Shown one piece after another: positions 1 to 11,951 of a stretch of 64,000 nt of DNA. Made by a program: the position numbers and the translations under genes. Source of the stretch: an uncultured Candidatus Binatia bacterium (GTDB lineage Bacteria > Desulfobacterota > Binatia > Bin18); NCBI GenBank assembly GCA_965214605.1, contig OZ243961.1:1472001-1536000 (forward strand). Reading direction: 5' to 3'. Numbering within the stretch: the first letter of the stretch is position 1; each line of letters begins with the position of its first letter. A model generated the notes under the pieces. That model was not told the origin of the DNA and ran no database searches. It worked only from the letters and a program-made list of their open reading frames with translations.

Positions 1-1097
1 GCCATCTATGCACGTAGAGTCCTTGGAACAGCCCCTATTCTGCTTGTTCCGCCTGCTGGTCACATCATCCTGGATGTCGACACATTTCAATCGACCGTAC
101 ACCATGCCATAAGCTTTGCCCGGCAGGACAAGCTTGTGACCTTCGGTATCGCGCCCCGCTCACCGGACCCTGATCCGGCTACATCCGGCGCGGTGCGGTC
201 ATTGAAGAGGGTGGATACGTCGTGGCCCATTTTTGTAGAGAAACCCGACCGTGCCACCGCCCGTGATTACCTGGCGGCCGACGACTATTACTGGAACAGC
301 GGGATGTTCAAGGCCAGCCGTTATTGAGAGGAGTTGGCGACCTTTGGGTCAGATATCCACGATGTTTGCGCAACTGCCATGTTGAATGCAGACACAGAGA
401 GGAAATTTGTTCCTCCTAGGGCGGAAGATTTTCTGGCATCATCCGCGGACTCGATCAATGACGCCATCATGGAAAATACCACCGATGCCATCGTGGCACC
501 TCTGGATTATGGTCGGCATGAGATTGGATCCTGGTCTGCCTTATGGGACGTATCGAATAAGGATGAACGGGCAATGTTATTATGGGCGATGTGATAAGCT
601 ATGACAGTGAGAACTGTTATATAAAGGGCGAACGTCGTCTGAGTACCACACGGTCATTGAGAGCGACGACGTCGTTATAGTGACGACAAGGAGCCGTGTC
701 CAGGACGTGCAACACATCGTCGTTGATTCAGAGCGGACGCAGCGAAGCCGCTCTCCATCGCAAGGTCTACCGTCCCTGGAGCTATTACGCTTGTTTGGAC
801 TCGGGTCCGCATTTCCAAATGAAGCGTCTGGTGATGTATGCTGGGGCCAGGCTCAGTTTGCAACGACACCAGAGACGGACCGAACACTGGGTGGTAGTCA
901 ACGGCGTTGGTCGCATTGCCAAAGGCGAGCAGGAATTTGATCTCAAGACGAACGAATCAACCTACATCCCGAGAGGGATCAAACACCGCCTGGAAAACCC
1001 CGGGACCGAACTGCTAGCAATCATCGAAGTCCAATCCGGAGAATATCTTGGCGAAGATGACATCGAACGTTGTGAAGACGTCTACGGTAGACCCTGA
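1..1097 (+). pseudogene. manC: Mannose-1-phosphate guanylyltransferase/mannose-6-phosphate isomerase (ManC/AlgA-like), fragmented; 5' end outside window
   Basis: Motifs LVTFGI, FVEKPD, YYWNSGMF, IGSWSALW and cupin part RPW...LSLQRH..RTEHWVVV...IIEVQSGEYLGEDDIER are spread over ORFs 136-327, 334-594 and 696-1097. In-frame TGA at 325-327 and frameshifts downstream. Confidence 0.85.
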
Positions 1098-1315
1098 CCT
1101 ATTCGTACCCAGGCCTAGTTGAGACGGTTCGCTCTAAAAGCCGCATCAGAACGCATCAATGGCAGCGTTCCAAAGCCCTCGGGCCAATACCCTTAGAGTG
1201 TTCGCCTATCGCTCAGACCATTATCCATTTGCCCAGGGTGTTCCCTTGCCCATCCCCGACGACCGCGCTAGGCTGTCTGACACACCAGACTCTAACCTAT
1301 AAGGAGGGGATTACT

Positions 1316-2422
1316 ATGGCAGCACATCGGCTTATCTCTGCGGATTCGCATTTTGTCGAACCACCGACGATGTGGGCTGAACGTATTGACGCCAAGTTCC
1401 GCGACCGGGCACCACACACCCAACAGGGATATAAAGGCAGACCCGGTGAATGGTTCATGTGTGAAAACATTCAACCGGTTCAGGTCGGCGGCTTTTTTGG
1501 TTCGGGCAAAAGCTCAGAGGAACTCCCCGAACATCTTAAAAAAGGCTTTGAGGTTGCCCCCAAGAGCGTCTGGGACCCGGCCGAACGTCTCAAAGAACAG
1601 GAGCGCGACGGTGTCAGCGCTGAGGGGCTGTACACCTCGATGGGCATGCTGCTGTTCGGCCTTGAGGATGCCGAGCTACGCGCCGCCAGTTTTACCGCCT
1701 TTAACGACTGGGCCGCCGAGTATTGTAGCTATGATCCCAAGCGCCTGATCGGCCTCGGAGCGATCACGCTGGAAGACATTCCGGCCGGCGTCAAAGAGCT
1801 CGAACGGATCGCCAACAAGGGCCTGCGGGGTGCGCTGATCTGGGGCTCACCGCCCGAAGACGCACCGTATAGCGATCCGGTCTATGGTCCGTTCTGGGCT
1901 GCGGCCCAAGACCTGAATATGCCGTTGTCGCTGCATATCCTGACCGGCCGAGGAGGCAACCGCTTTAGTCGCCGCCGGGTCTTGTTCGGCTATATGCGCC
2001 TGCCCCAAGAAATCCAGCTCACCCTGGCCGATATGATCACCGGTGGGGTGTTTGAACGCTTCCCCAAGCTGAAAATCGTGTCGGCTGAAAACGATGTATC
2101 GTGGCTGCCCCACTTCATGTATCGACTTGATCACGCCTATGACCGGTTGCGCCATATTGAGGGGTTGACCCTGTCAATGCTGCCCAGCGAGTATATCAAG
2201 CGTAACATCTGGGCGACCTTCCAGTTTGAGACGAGCAATGTCGAGTTCACCCGCCAAGCGGTCGGCACTGAACAGATCATGTGGTCGTCAGACTATCCCC
2301 ATACGGACTCGCCGTGGCCGCGCTCGCGTGAGTTCATCGCTGGGGCGTTTAAGGATATGCGGGAGGACGATGTGGCTAGGATCGTCGGTGGCAATGTCGC
2401 CGAACTCTACGGGCTTGCGTAG
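1316..2422 (+). CDS. Amidohydrolase_2 family metal-dependent hydrolase
   Basis: ISADSH N-terminal motif, [14 protein letters not shown]; SD AAGGAGG before ATG 1316. Confidence 0.85.
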   Translation: MAAHRLISADSHFVEPPTMWAERIDAKFRDRAPHTQQGYKGRPGEWFMCENIQPVQVGGFFGSGKSSEELPEHLKKGFEVAPKSVWDPAERLKEQERDGVSAEGLYTSMGMLLFGLEDAELRAASFTAFNDWAAEYCSYDPKRLIGLGAITLEDIPAGVKELERIANKGLRGALIWGSPPEDAPYSDPVYGPFWAAAQDLNMPLSLHILTGRGGNRFSRRRVLFGYMRLPQEIQLTLADMITGGVFERFPKLKIVSAENDVSWLPHFMYRLDHAYDRLRHIEGLTLSMLPSEYIKRNIWATFQFETSNVEFTRQAVGTEQIMWSSDYPHTDSPWPRSREFIAGAFKDMREDDVARIVGGNVAELYGLA

Positions 2423-2443
2423 TAAGGGTGAAAGACGTTTCGT

Positions 2444-2483
2444 CCTTCAGGAGGAGCGAGCAATGCTGCACCCCTCCTGAAGG
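2444..2483 (+). promoter_or_regulatory. Intergenic hairpin (11-bp stem CCTTCAGGAGG/CCTCCTGAAGG) overlapping the rpe ribosome-binding site
   Basis: Perfect inverted repeat 2444-2454/2473-2483; function inferred only. Confidence 0.4.
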
Positions 2484-2490
2484 GAGCGGT

Positions 2491-3153
2491 ATGACCACAA
2501 TCAAAATCATGCCCTCCATCCTAGCCGCAGATTTCTGCCGGCTTGGCCAACAAATCGCCGAGGTGGAGCGGGCCGGGGCGGACGGCATTCATATTGATGT
2601 GATGGATGGTTGTTTTGTGCCCAATATCAGCCTAGGCCCTCTTATCGTCGAGGCGGTTCGGCACACCACAACTTTAGCGCTCGACGTTCATCTGATGATC
2701 GTTAATCCCGATCGCTATGTGGACGACTTTGCCCGCGCCGGGGCCGACATCATCTCGGTCCACCAGGAAGCTTGCCCCCACCTACACCGTACCGTCCACC
2801 ACATTAAGCAGTTGGGTAAACAGGCCGGAGTCGTGCTGAACCCCAGCACCCCGCTTTCGAGTCTAGAAGAGATTCTTGATGAGGTCGATCTGATTCTGCT
2901 GATGAGCGTCAACCCCGGCTTTGGCGGCCAACGTTTTATTGCGGCCAGCATCGATAAGGTCCGCCGTTTGCGCCACCTACTCGACGCCCGAGACTCACCC
3001 GCTATCCTCGAGATCGACGGCGGGATTGATCCAACTACCGCCCCCCAGGCGGTCACCGCCGGGGCGCGGATGTTGGTTGCCGGCTCAGCTGTATTTGGCA
3101 CCCCTGGTGGTCCAGCCCAGGGGGTCAAGCGTCTGCGGGAAAGCCTGGCCTAA
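2491..3153 (+). CDS. rpe: Ribulose-phosphate 3-epimerase
   Basis: [48 protein letters not shown] motifs. Confidence 0.95.
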   Translation: MTTIKIMPSILAADFCRLGQQIAEVERAGADGIHIDVMDGCFVPNISLGPLIVEAVRHTTTLALDVHLMIVNPDRYVDDFARAGADIISVHQEACPHLHRTVHHIKQLGKQAGVVLNPSTPLSSLEEILDEVDLILLMSVNPGFGGQRFIAASIDKVRRLRHLLDARDSPAILEIDGGIDPTTAPQAVTAGARMLVAGSAVFGTPGGPAQGVKRLRESLA

Positions 3154-3166
3154 GAACACGTCGTCC

Positions 3167-4618
3167 CTACTTCTTCATTTTCTGCCGCAGCAAATCCCCG
3201 AGCGTGGTACTAAAACCACGGCTGGTCTGTCCAGAGCCGCCCATATACGCCTGAGCTTCGGCCCGCTCTTCTTGGGCCTGGGCTTTGGCCCGCGACAGTC
3301 TGATCCGTCTCCCATTGTCTTCAACTGCCAAGACAAGAACTTTCACCTCGGTATCCGGACCAAAGTCTTTGTTATGGTCGGTGCCGCGCGGCGTGCCCAT
3401 CTCAGGGTTGGGAATCAGGCCGGTTTGTCCAGGGCCGAGACGGACAAAGACCCCGAACGGCTCGACCCGGTCAACTCTGCCGCTCAGCACACTGCCGACT
3501 TCGATGGCATTTTCTTCGACCTGTTCACCCGGGTTCGCTCCTTCAGGAGCCAAGGCCAGAGCAATACGGCGCTTTTCGGTGTCAATGCTAAGAATCATGA
3601 CCGTGATTTGTGCCTGCCCAGCGGCTGCGTCTTTCAGCGCCCCCTGCTGGCTGCGCGAAATTTCGCTGACGTGTAACAGGCCATTGACACCGGGTAAAAC
3701 CTCGACAAACGCGCCAAAGTCGGCCATCCGCACAACCTGGCCCTTAACAATCTGACGCGCCTTGAGCCGCTCGGCGACCTGCTCCCAGGGATCTCCCTCA
3801 AGTGCTTTCATACTCAGCGAGATCTTCCCTGTCTGTTCGCTGACCTTGAGGACTTTGACGTTCACCGACTGACCGCTAGTCAGCAACTCGGCCGGCTTTA
3901 TAGTCCGTGAATGGGACAACTCGGAGACGTGCACCAAGCCTTGGATCCCGCCCCCCAGATCGACAAATGCGCCAAAGTCGGTCAGTGACGTCACCGTGCC
4001 CGGCAATACCGCGTCGAGGACGATCTTTTTGCGGACCTCTTCGGCTTCTTTGGCCACCGCTTCCTCAAGCAGGCGGCGGCGCGAGACGATGATATTGCGT
4101 CCGTTGTCGGAGTAGCGGGTTACGCGGAATTCTAGAGTTTGATTCAAAAAAACGTCTGAGGACTCGACCCGACGGATATCCATCTGAGAAAATGGACAGA
4201 AGGCCCGCAGACCCCCGACCATAACCGCGTAGCCGCCCTTAATAACCGAGCTCACCGTTCCCTCAACCGGCAACCCGTGTAAAAAGGCCGCCTCTAACTG
4301 CTGGCGGGCCTGCATGCCTTTGAGCAGCTTGCGGGACAGACGAATTTCGCCCTCAGTTGACAACACCGTCGCCTCAATCTCATCCCCGACCTCGACCTGG
4401 AGGCTGCCGTCTTCGTTCTCCAACTCGGCGCGGACGATAATCCCCTCGCCCTTATCGCGGACATCGACAAAGACGCTATCCTCCCCGATCTGAATCACAC
4501 TGCCTTTGACGATTTGACCCGTTTGCAGCGTGGGTTGCGTCTCTTCCTGGGCCAGCAGAGCCGCAAAATCCTCTGCCCCCTCTTCTGCAGGGATCGGGTG
4601 TGTCTGCTCGTTACTCAT
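3167..4618 (-). CDS. rpsA: 30S ribosomal protein S1-like protein (about five S1 domains; possibly a paralogue)
   Basis: Repeated S1 motifs (FGAFVDL..GLVHVSEL, FGAFVEV..GLLHVSEI, FGVFVRL); C-terminal TTLGDLL. Confidence 0.8.
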   Translation of the reverse strand: MSNEQTHPIPAEEGAEDFAALLAQEETQPTLQTGQIVKGSVIQIGEDSVFVDVRDKGEGIIVRAELENEDGSLQVEVGDEIEATVLSTEGEIRLSRKLLKGMQARQQLEAAFLHGLPVEGTVSSVIKGGYAVMVGGLRAFCPFSQMDIRRVESSDVFLNQTLEFRVTRYSDNGRNIIVSRRRLLEEAVAKEAEEVRKKIVLDAVLPGTVTSLTDFGAFVDLGGGIQGLVHVSELSHSRTIKPAELLTSGQSVNVKVLKVSEQTGKISLSMKALEGDPWEQVAERLKARQIVKGQVVRMADFGAFVEVLPGVNGLLHVSEISRSQQGALKDAAAGQAQITVMILSIDTEKRRIALALAPEGANPGEQVEENAIEVGSVLSGRVDRVEPFGVFVRLGPGQTGLIPNPEMGTPRGTDHNKDFGPDTEVKVLVLAVEDNGRRIRLSRAKAQAQEERAEAQAYMGGSGQTSRGFSTTLGDLLRQKMKK

Positions 4619-7600
4619 GCTTCAGGTCCTTTCTGCCTTTCGAACCAGCGCGTATAACAGTCCCGAATGGCCTCCCGTTGGACATAATAGTCGGCCAGCA
4701 GTCGGGATGCCGCGTCTTGGCCACCATAGCCCATCCGTCTGGCCAACAGGGGCAGCTGCGTACCCTCACTCTCCAGCGCTTCAACCGGCTGGTCACAGTC
4801 AATACGAAGGCGGTTTTCCAAGGTCCGCAGAAAACGATACCCCTGACTTAAGAGCTGGCAATCGTCGGCCGGGAGAACTCCGCAGGTCTGCAGGGCCTCA
4901 AGGGCCTGGAGTGTGGCACGCTGTCTCAGCGCCGGGAAACTCCGCCCATAACGCAGCTGTAACATTTGTACAAGGAACTCAATATCGACAATACCACCGC
5001 GGCCGGTTTTGATATTAAAACGGTCGCTCGCCTCGCCGGCCAATTCATTCTCTATCCGCCCCCGCAGCCGGTCGATTTCGGCCACATCGTCAGCAGCAAT
5101 GCTGTCAGCATAGATAATCGTTTCTAGCAAGCCTTGTATCGAACCGGTCAGGGACAGGTCGCCGGCGACCACCCGGGCCTTAATCAGGGCTTGGCGCTCC
5201 CACACCTGGGAACTAGACCGATGATAGCGTTCAAAGGCGGTTAGTGAAGAGACCAGCGAGCCGGACCGTCCTGAGGGTCGGAGCCGCGTGTCGATTTTAT
5301 ACACATAGCCTTCTCGAGTTTGGACCTGCAAGGTTGAGATAATGCGTTGGGCCAGCTTGGTGAAAATCTCGTGGGGCCCGAGTTTAGGGTGAACGGCGCC
5401 GCGGTCGGGCTGCTCAGCCGGCAGATACAGAAAGATCAGATCAACGTCCGAGTTATAATTGAGTTCTCGGGCTCCCAGCTTGCCCATACTCAAAACGGCA
5501 AAGCGGCCTGGGAGGGCGCTGAGTGTAAGCTGGTCAAACAGGGCCGCTCGCGCCGTCTCATAGGCGCCGCCCAGACAGGTCTGGGCCAGATCGGACAGTT
5601 GCTTACTGGCCTGCGTACAGTCCAACAGCCCATTGCTGTCTTTAATCCCGATACGCAGAAACTCTTCGGTCCGGTAGCGACGCAAGATATCGAGCCGCTC
5701 CTCCAGGTCGCTCACCTCGGCCAAACGGGCCGACAGTTCCGTCTGCATCATCGCCTGCGGTTTATGAATTTGAACCAGATCGGTCCGCACCAGGCTATCG
5801 AGCAATTCGGGGTGGCGTAAAAAGGTCCGTGACAGATAGGCACTCGTGCCAAACAGCCCGACCAGAGTCCGCAGGGTCCCCGGATTCTCTCGGAGCAGAG
5901 CCAGGAAGCTGGAACGGGCTCCGATCGAAGCAACTAAGTCAGCCATACTGGCCAACGCAAAGTCTGGATCTGCGGCTCGCATCACTTCGCGAAACAGGCT
6001 CGGCGCAAGATCATACAGAATCTTGCGCCGCCGGGGCGAGGCCGGAGAGTGAGAGGGCCCGGCATGGAGCAGTATTGCGTGTTGATAGCTGTGCTCAATA
6101 TCGCGAAAGCCGAACTGGCGCAGATGCTCGGCGGCCCGTTCCCTATCGCCAAGCGCCTCAAAAAAGGCTCGTACGGCCTCGGCGTGGGGATCGGCCTGCT
6201 GCTCCTCGGGAGCATAAAAGAGTGAACGAAAAACCTGATGAACTCTCTCAGTATGGGCGTGGAACAGCGACCAGAATAGCGCTCCCTCATCGGTTGGGGT
6301 ATGGGAAGTTTGCCCTTTGACTTTTCCCCAGTCTTCAATACGCAGCCGCCGCGCTAACACCTGAATCTCCGCCTCAGTGTCCGGCAACCTATGAGTTTGT
6401 CGATCGTCAAAGACCTGGATTTTGTGTTCAACCTGCCGGAGAAACCAATACGCGTCGCGCAAAGCGTCACGATCTGCGACCGATAGGTAATGGCCTTCGA
6501 CGAGGCGGTCTAGTGCTGGTACGGTTTTAAGCTCTCGCACATGGAGATCTTTGCCAGCGTGAATAAGTTGGAGCACCTGGATGACAAACTCAACCTCTCG
6601 GATGCCACCGCGACCGAGCTTAATGTTGTGGCTGCCGGGTTCGGCCTTGCTCAGACTGTGCTCAATCCGAGCTTTCATATCTTTGAGGGCTTCGACCGTG
6701 GTAAAGTCGAGATAGCGCCGAAACACAAACGGCTGAATCTCAGAGAGAAAACGCTTACCCAAGGCCATATCTCCGCCAATAGGCCGCGCCTTGAGCAATG
6801 CTGCCCGCTCCCAGGTCTGGCCCCACGCTTCGTAATAGCCCAAGGTGTTGGAGAGCGAATTCACGACCGGGCCGTTCGAACCGTCCGGTCGCAAGCGCAA
6901 ATCAACCCGAAACACCCGCCCGCCGGCAACCTGATTGCTGAGGGCCCGGGTCAACTTTTGGGCCAAGTGGGTGAAGAACACCCGGGGTTCTATGCTGCCT
7001 TTCCTGCCCCCGGTAGTGTGCCCGGCATCGCTCTCATACATATAGATCAGGTCAATGTCGGAACTAAAATTCAAATCCTGGCCGCCGAGCTTGCCCATGC
7101 CAAAGACGACAAACCCGAGCGGTCGGCCGTCGGGCGAGACGGCTTGACCGTACAGCTCACACAGACGCGCTCGGCTCCGTTCGTAGGCAATCTGGACTGC
7201 CCCGTCAGCCAGACAGCTCAGCTCCTGGGTCGTCTCCTCCAATGTGGCTAAGGCCAGCAGGTCTCGCGTGCCGATGCGAAGGTACTCGCGTTCACGATAG
7301 ATCCGCAGCCCATGCCAGAACTCTTCCTCGGTCAGGTCAAGGGGCAGCCGAGCGCGAAGCTTGGACAGATGCTGGGCTACGCTCGTGCCCGGCGCCTCGC
7401 AATCGGCCACAAAAACCGCCTCCCACTCTTCAGTCTGACGTAATAAGACCCTGGTGAGATGTTGGCTTGCACCAAGTACGAAAAGCAGGTCGGCGCACCG
7501 CTGCGCGTGGCTGAGGACCGCTCCGCTGCCTGTTCCGTAGTCGAGCAGCCGGCTTAGATTAATAGCCGCCAGCCGAGGGTCTGGCGCGGCCGCAACTCCA

Positions 7601-7692
7601 GCCGCAATGGCATCCCACCAGCCAGACAGGCTTTCACGCAGAGGTAGGAGGGCTTGGAGAGGATCGGAGACGGACGGAGTCCGGATGGCCAT
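4615..7692 (-). CDS. glnE: Bifunctional glutamine synthetase adenylyltransferase/adenylyl-removing enzyme
   Basis: Two nucleotidyltransferase halves: MGKLGGQDLNFSSDIDL/RVDLRLRPDG/WERAALLKAR and MGKLGARELNYNSDVDL/IDTRLRPSG/WERQALIKAR. Confidence 0.95.
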   Translation of the reverse strand: MAIRTPSVSDPLQALLPLRESLSGWWDAIAAGVAAAPDPRLAAINLSRLLDYGTGSGAVLSHAQRCADLLFVLGASQHLTRVLLRQTEEWEAVFVADCEAPGTSVAQHLSKLRARLPLDLTEEEFWHGLRIYREREYLRIGTRDLLALATLEETTQELSCLADGAVQIAYERSRARLCELYGQAVSPDGRPLGFVVFGMGKLGGQDLNFSSDIDLIYMYESDAGHTTGGRKGSIEPRVFFTHLAQKLTRALSNQVAGGRVFRVDLRLRPDGSNGPVVNSLSNTLGYYEAWGQTWERAALLKARPIGGDMALGKRFLSEIQPFVFRRYLDFTTVEALKDMKARIEHSLSKAEPGSHNIKLGRGGIREVEFVIQVLQLIHAGKDLHVRELKTVPALDRLVEGHYLSVADRDALRDAYWFLRQVEHKIQVFDDRQTHRLPDTEAEIQVLARRLRIEDWGKVKGQTSHTPTDEGALFWSLFHAHTERVHQVFRSLFYAPEEQQADPHAEAVRAFFEALGDRERAAEHLRQFGFRDIEHSYQHAILLHAGPSHSPASPRRRKILYDLAPSLFREVMRAADPDFALASMADLVASIGARSSFLALLRENPGTLRTLVGLFGTSAYLSRTFLRHPELLDSLVRTDLVQIHKPQAMMQTELSARLAEVSDLEERLDILRRYRTEEFLRIGIKDSNGLLDCTQASKQLSDLAQTCLGGAYETARAALFDQLTLSALPGRFAVLSMGKLGARELNYNSDVDLIFLYLPAEQPDRGAVHPKLGPHEIFTKLAQRIISTLQVQTREGYVYKIDTRLRPSGRSGSLVSSLTAFERYHRSSSQVWERQALIKARVVAGDLSLTGSIQGLLETIIYADSIAADDVAEIDRLRGRIENELAGEASDRFNIKTGRGGIVDIEFLVQMLQLRYGRSFPALRQRATLQALEALQTCGVLPADDCQLLSQGYRFLRTLENRLRIDCDQPVEALESEGTQLPLLARRMGYGGQDAASRLLADYYVQREAIRDCYTRWFERQKGPEA

Positions 7693-7742
7693 ATTAGAGA
7701 GACGAAGCGTTTTACAGGCTGGAAGCCCGTAAAACGCGACCC

Positions 7743-8339
7743 CTATTTGCTCAAGGTTTCACACGCCCCCATCAGCCACTTGACGCTAGACCTCTCATCA
7801 TCAATCAGCGAGCCCAGTAGCTCTTTACTGTGCTGATCGTCCTGGATTTGGTCAACGGCGCTGGTCAGGGGTTTGAAAATCTCGACCGGATCCTTGATCT
7901 GGGAAGTCAGGGACTGCAGTTTCTCAATATCGTTGCTCTCGCTTGAAGCAAAGAACGGCAGCTCTTTTTCGCGCCGCTCGACCGGCACGGTGCACTGCGG
8001 AGAGCCGCCTAACTCGCGCAGCCGCTCTTCCAGAATCTTGGCGTGATAGGCCTCACGCTGCTGCACCACCCGCAGCCCGCCTTTGACACACTCTTGATCG
8101 CTGACCTCAACCCAGCGGTTCAGATATTCGGCGGCAAAATCCTCAGCACACCGGAACTCATCCAGAACGGCCAGGACCATCTCTTTCTCGGTCTCATAGG
8201 ACTTTCCATTGTAGGTATAACCCTGGTCGCCCGCGCCGGTCTGGAGTTCCTGCATCTGTTCTTCAAACAGCTCGTCCGAGATCAATCCTTTACGGTACGC
8301 CTTGAGCAGCTGGCGTGCCTCAAAATCTGCTGTGGACAT
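7743..8339 (-). CDS. Ferritin-like domain protein
   Basis: Helical, E-rich, with E..AE / EAYH / DE..S di-metal-like spacing; SD AAGGAG upstream. Confidence 0.6.
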   Translation of the reverse strand: MSTADFEARQLLKAYRKGLISDELFEEQMQELQTGAGDQGYTYNGKSYETEKEMVLAVLDEFRCAEDFAAEYLNRWVEVSDQECVKGGLRVVQQREAYHAKILEERLRELGGSPQCTVPVERREKELPFFASSESNDIEKLQSLTSQIKDPVEIFKPLTSAVDQIQDDQHSKELLGSLIDDERSSVKWLMGACETLSK

Positions 8340-8427
8340 AGTGTAGCTCCTTTCGTGTTACTTCTGTGAACGTTCCATAGGAAATCGCCCGTGTCTTGTC
8401 AAGCAATACCGGTCTCGAGCATTGACG

Positions 8428-8474
8428 TGTCCAAAACTTAGGCACCGGAAGCGCAGATGCCTGTCTAGTAAGCA
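8428..8474. promoter_or_regulatory. Paired 17-bp enhancer-like (NtrC-type activator) sites TGTCCAAAACTTAGGCA (8428-8444) and TGCCTGTCTAGTAAGCA (8458-8474)
   Basis: TGY-N11-GCA dyads 30 bp apart upstream of a sigma-54 promoter; the first matches the site at 30538-30554 (reverse strand) at 14/17 positions. Confidence 0.6.
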
Positions 8475-8514
8475 GATTTGTTGCCTGGAGTGCCTCAAGA
8501 CCGGTTTTCCCTGC

Positions 8515-8530
8515 TGGTACAGTCTTTGCT
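8515..8530 (+). promoter_or_regulatory. Sigma-54 promoter (TGGTAC-AGTCT-TTGCT) for porin-glnB-amtB operon
   Basis: GG-N10-GC spacing, close to consensus TGGCAC-N5-TTGC, about 80 bp upstream of ATG 8611. Confidence 0.75.
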
Positions 8531-8610
8531 GGGTTGTGTAGGAGAAGACGCCGGGCACAGGGCAGGTTTGTCCGAAGTCATACCTATATATATCCAAGGA
8601 GGTAGTGAGG

Positions 8611-10289
<1,679 letters not shown>

Positions 10290-10311
10290 GTGCACGATTT
10301 GCCTGAAGAGA

Positions 10312-10335
10312 AGGGGCGTACTGCCATACGCCCCT
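10312..10335. repeat. REP-like palindrome AGGGGCGTA-CTGCCA-TACGCCCCT
   Basis: 9-bp perfect stem in the glnB-amtB spacer. Confidence 0.5.
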
Positions 10336-10417
10336 CTCGTTGTCCGTTACACACAGCCCCAATAGACTGCCCGGACAAGGATACACACCGGGCAATTATA
10401 ACCAGGAGGTTCAGACA

Positions 10418-11866
10418 ATGGAAGGCTGGTTGAGAATTGCTCTCCTCACCGTTCTTGGTGCCGGAATCGTTGGCCTGCTCGAAGCTTCCTTTTCCACCCA
10501 TCTCGCCCACGCCCAAGATACCGCCCCCTATGCCGATTATGACGCCTTTACCGCCTCACCCGGCTATCCCGTGTTTACGGTTCACAACCTGTGGATGATG
10601 ATTGCCGCAGCCTTGGTGTTTATCATGCACCTGGGATTTGCCACCCTGGAATCGGGCCTCACCCAGGCTAAAAACACTGTCAACATTCTGTTTAAAAACA
10701 TCTTTATCATCAGCATCGGTCTGCTGACCTACGCCTTTTGCGGCTTCAACCTCATGTATCCGGGCTTTGCCGACGGCTCCTTGGGTCTGTTAGCCTTTGC
10801 CGGCTTTGGCGTTGCGGTCAACGACGTGGTTGCCGGTCAGACCGATGTCTATAACGCCGGCTACACATACTGGACCGACTTTCTGTTTCAGGCAATGTTT
10901 GCCGCTACCGCGGCGACGATTGTCTCGGGGGCGGTGGCCGAACGCATCAAGCTGTCGTCTTTCATGGTCTTTGCCACCATCTATGTTACTGTGTCCTACC
11001 CGATTACCGGGAGCTGGAAATGGGGTGGTGGCTGGCTGGATATGATGAGTACCTCGTTTTACGACTTCGCCGGCTCAACGATTGTGCATTCAGTCGGCGG
11101 TTGGGGGGCGCTGGCCGGCGCAATCCTGCTCGGTCCCCGACTCGGCAAGTACGCCGCCGATGGGCGGGTGAGGCCGATTCTGCCCAGCAATATGCCGCTA
11201 GCCACAATCGGGGTCTTCCTGCTGTGGTTGGGTTGGTTTGGGTTTAATGGCGGCTCAGTGTTAAATGCGGATCCACATCTGGTCTCGCTCACGCTCATGA
11301 ATACCTGTTTAGCGGCCGCGGCCGGATCGCTTGGCGCTATGGTGACTTCGTGGATCGTGTTGAAAAAGCCAGATCTGTCGATGGCGCTGAACGGTATTCT
11401 AGGTGGCCTGGTTGGCATTACAGCCGGAGCTGATCAGATGGCGGCCATGTCGTCGACCATCATCGGCCTGATTGCCGGAGCGCTCGTTGTCTTCTCGGTC
11501 CTCTTCCTTGACAAAGTGAAGATTGATGATCCGGTCGGGGCCATATCCGTTCACCTGGTGGCCGGTATTTGGGGGACCTTGGCGGTCGGGATCTTCGGTG
11601 GTTTGGCCGGCGGAGCCCAGCTTTTCAGCCAGATAATCGGGATTGTCAGCATCGGCATTTTCTCCTTCGCCTTTGCCTTCATTGTTTTCAGCATCATCAA
11701 AGCGTCAATGGGCTTACGGGTGAACGAAGACGAAGAGTTTGAAGGGCTCGACGTTGGTGAACACGGCAACGTCGCGTATGCCGACTTTCAGACTGCGTCG
11801 GTTGGCGGCGGTGTCATTCCTGGTGGCAGAGGGAGTCTTTCTCCAGCCGGACCTCCGAAGGTCTAA
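10418..11866 (+). CDS. amtB: Ammonium transporter
   Basis: FQAMFAAT..IVSGAVAER, DFAGSTIVHSVGGW, GWFGFNGGS, DDPVGAISVH; SD CAGGAGG before ATG 10418. Confidence 0.97.
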   Translation: MEGWLRIALLTVLGAGIVGLLEASFSTHLAHAQDTAPYADYDAFTASPGYPVFTVHNLWMMIAAALVFIMHLGFATLESGLTQAKNTVNILFKNIFIISIGLLTYAFCGFNLMYPGFADGSLGLLAFAGFGVAVNDVVAGQTDVYNAGYTYWTDFLFQAMFAATAATIVSGAVAERIKLSSFMVFATIYVTVSYPITGSWKWGGGWLDMMSTSFYDFAGSTIVHSVGGWGALAGAILLGPRLGKYAADGRVRPILPSNMPLATIGVFLLWLGWFGFNGGSVLNADPHLVSLTLMNTCLAAAAGSLGAMVTSWIVLKKPDLSMALNGILGGLVGITAGADQMAAMSSTIIGLIAGALVVFSVLFLDKVKIDDPVGAISVHLVAGIWGTLAVGIFGGLAGGAQLFSQIIGIVSIGIFSFAFAFIVFSIIKASMGLRVNEDEEFEGLDVGEHGNVAYADFQTASVGGGVIPGGRGSLSPAGPPKV

Positions 11867-11951
11867 ACTCAGATCAGAGAAAAGACCTCAATTCGCGGTC
11901 GCCTTCTTTCTGTTGTTTCTGGACACACCAGATCCCAGCGCGTAGCGAACC

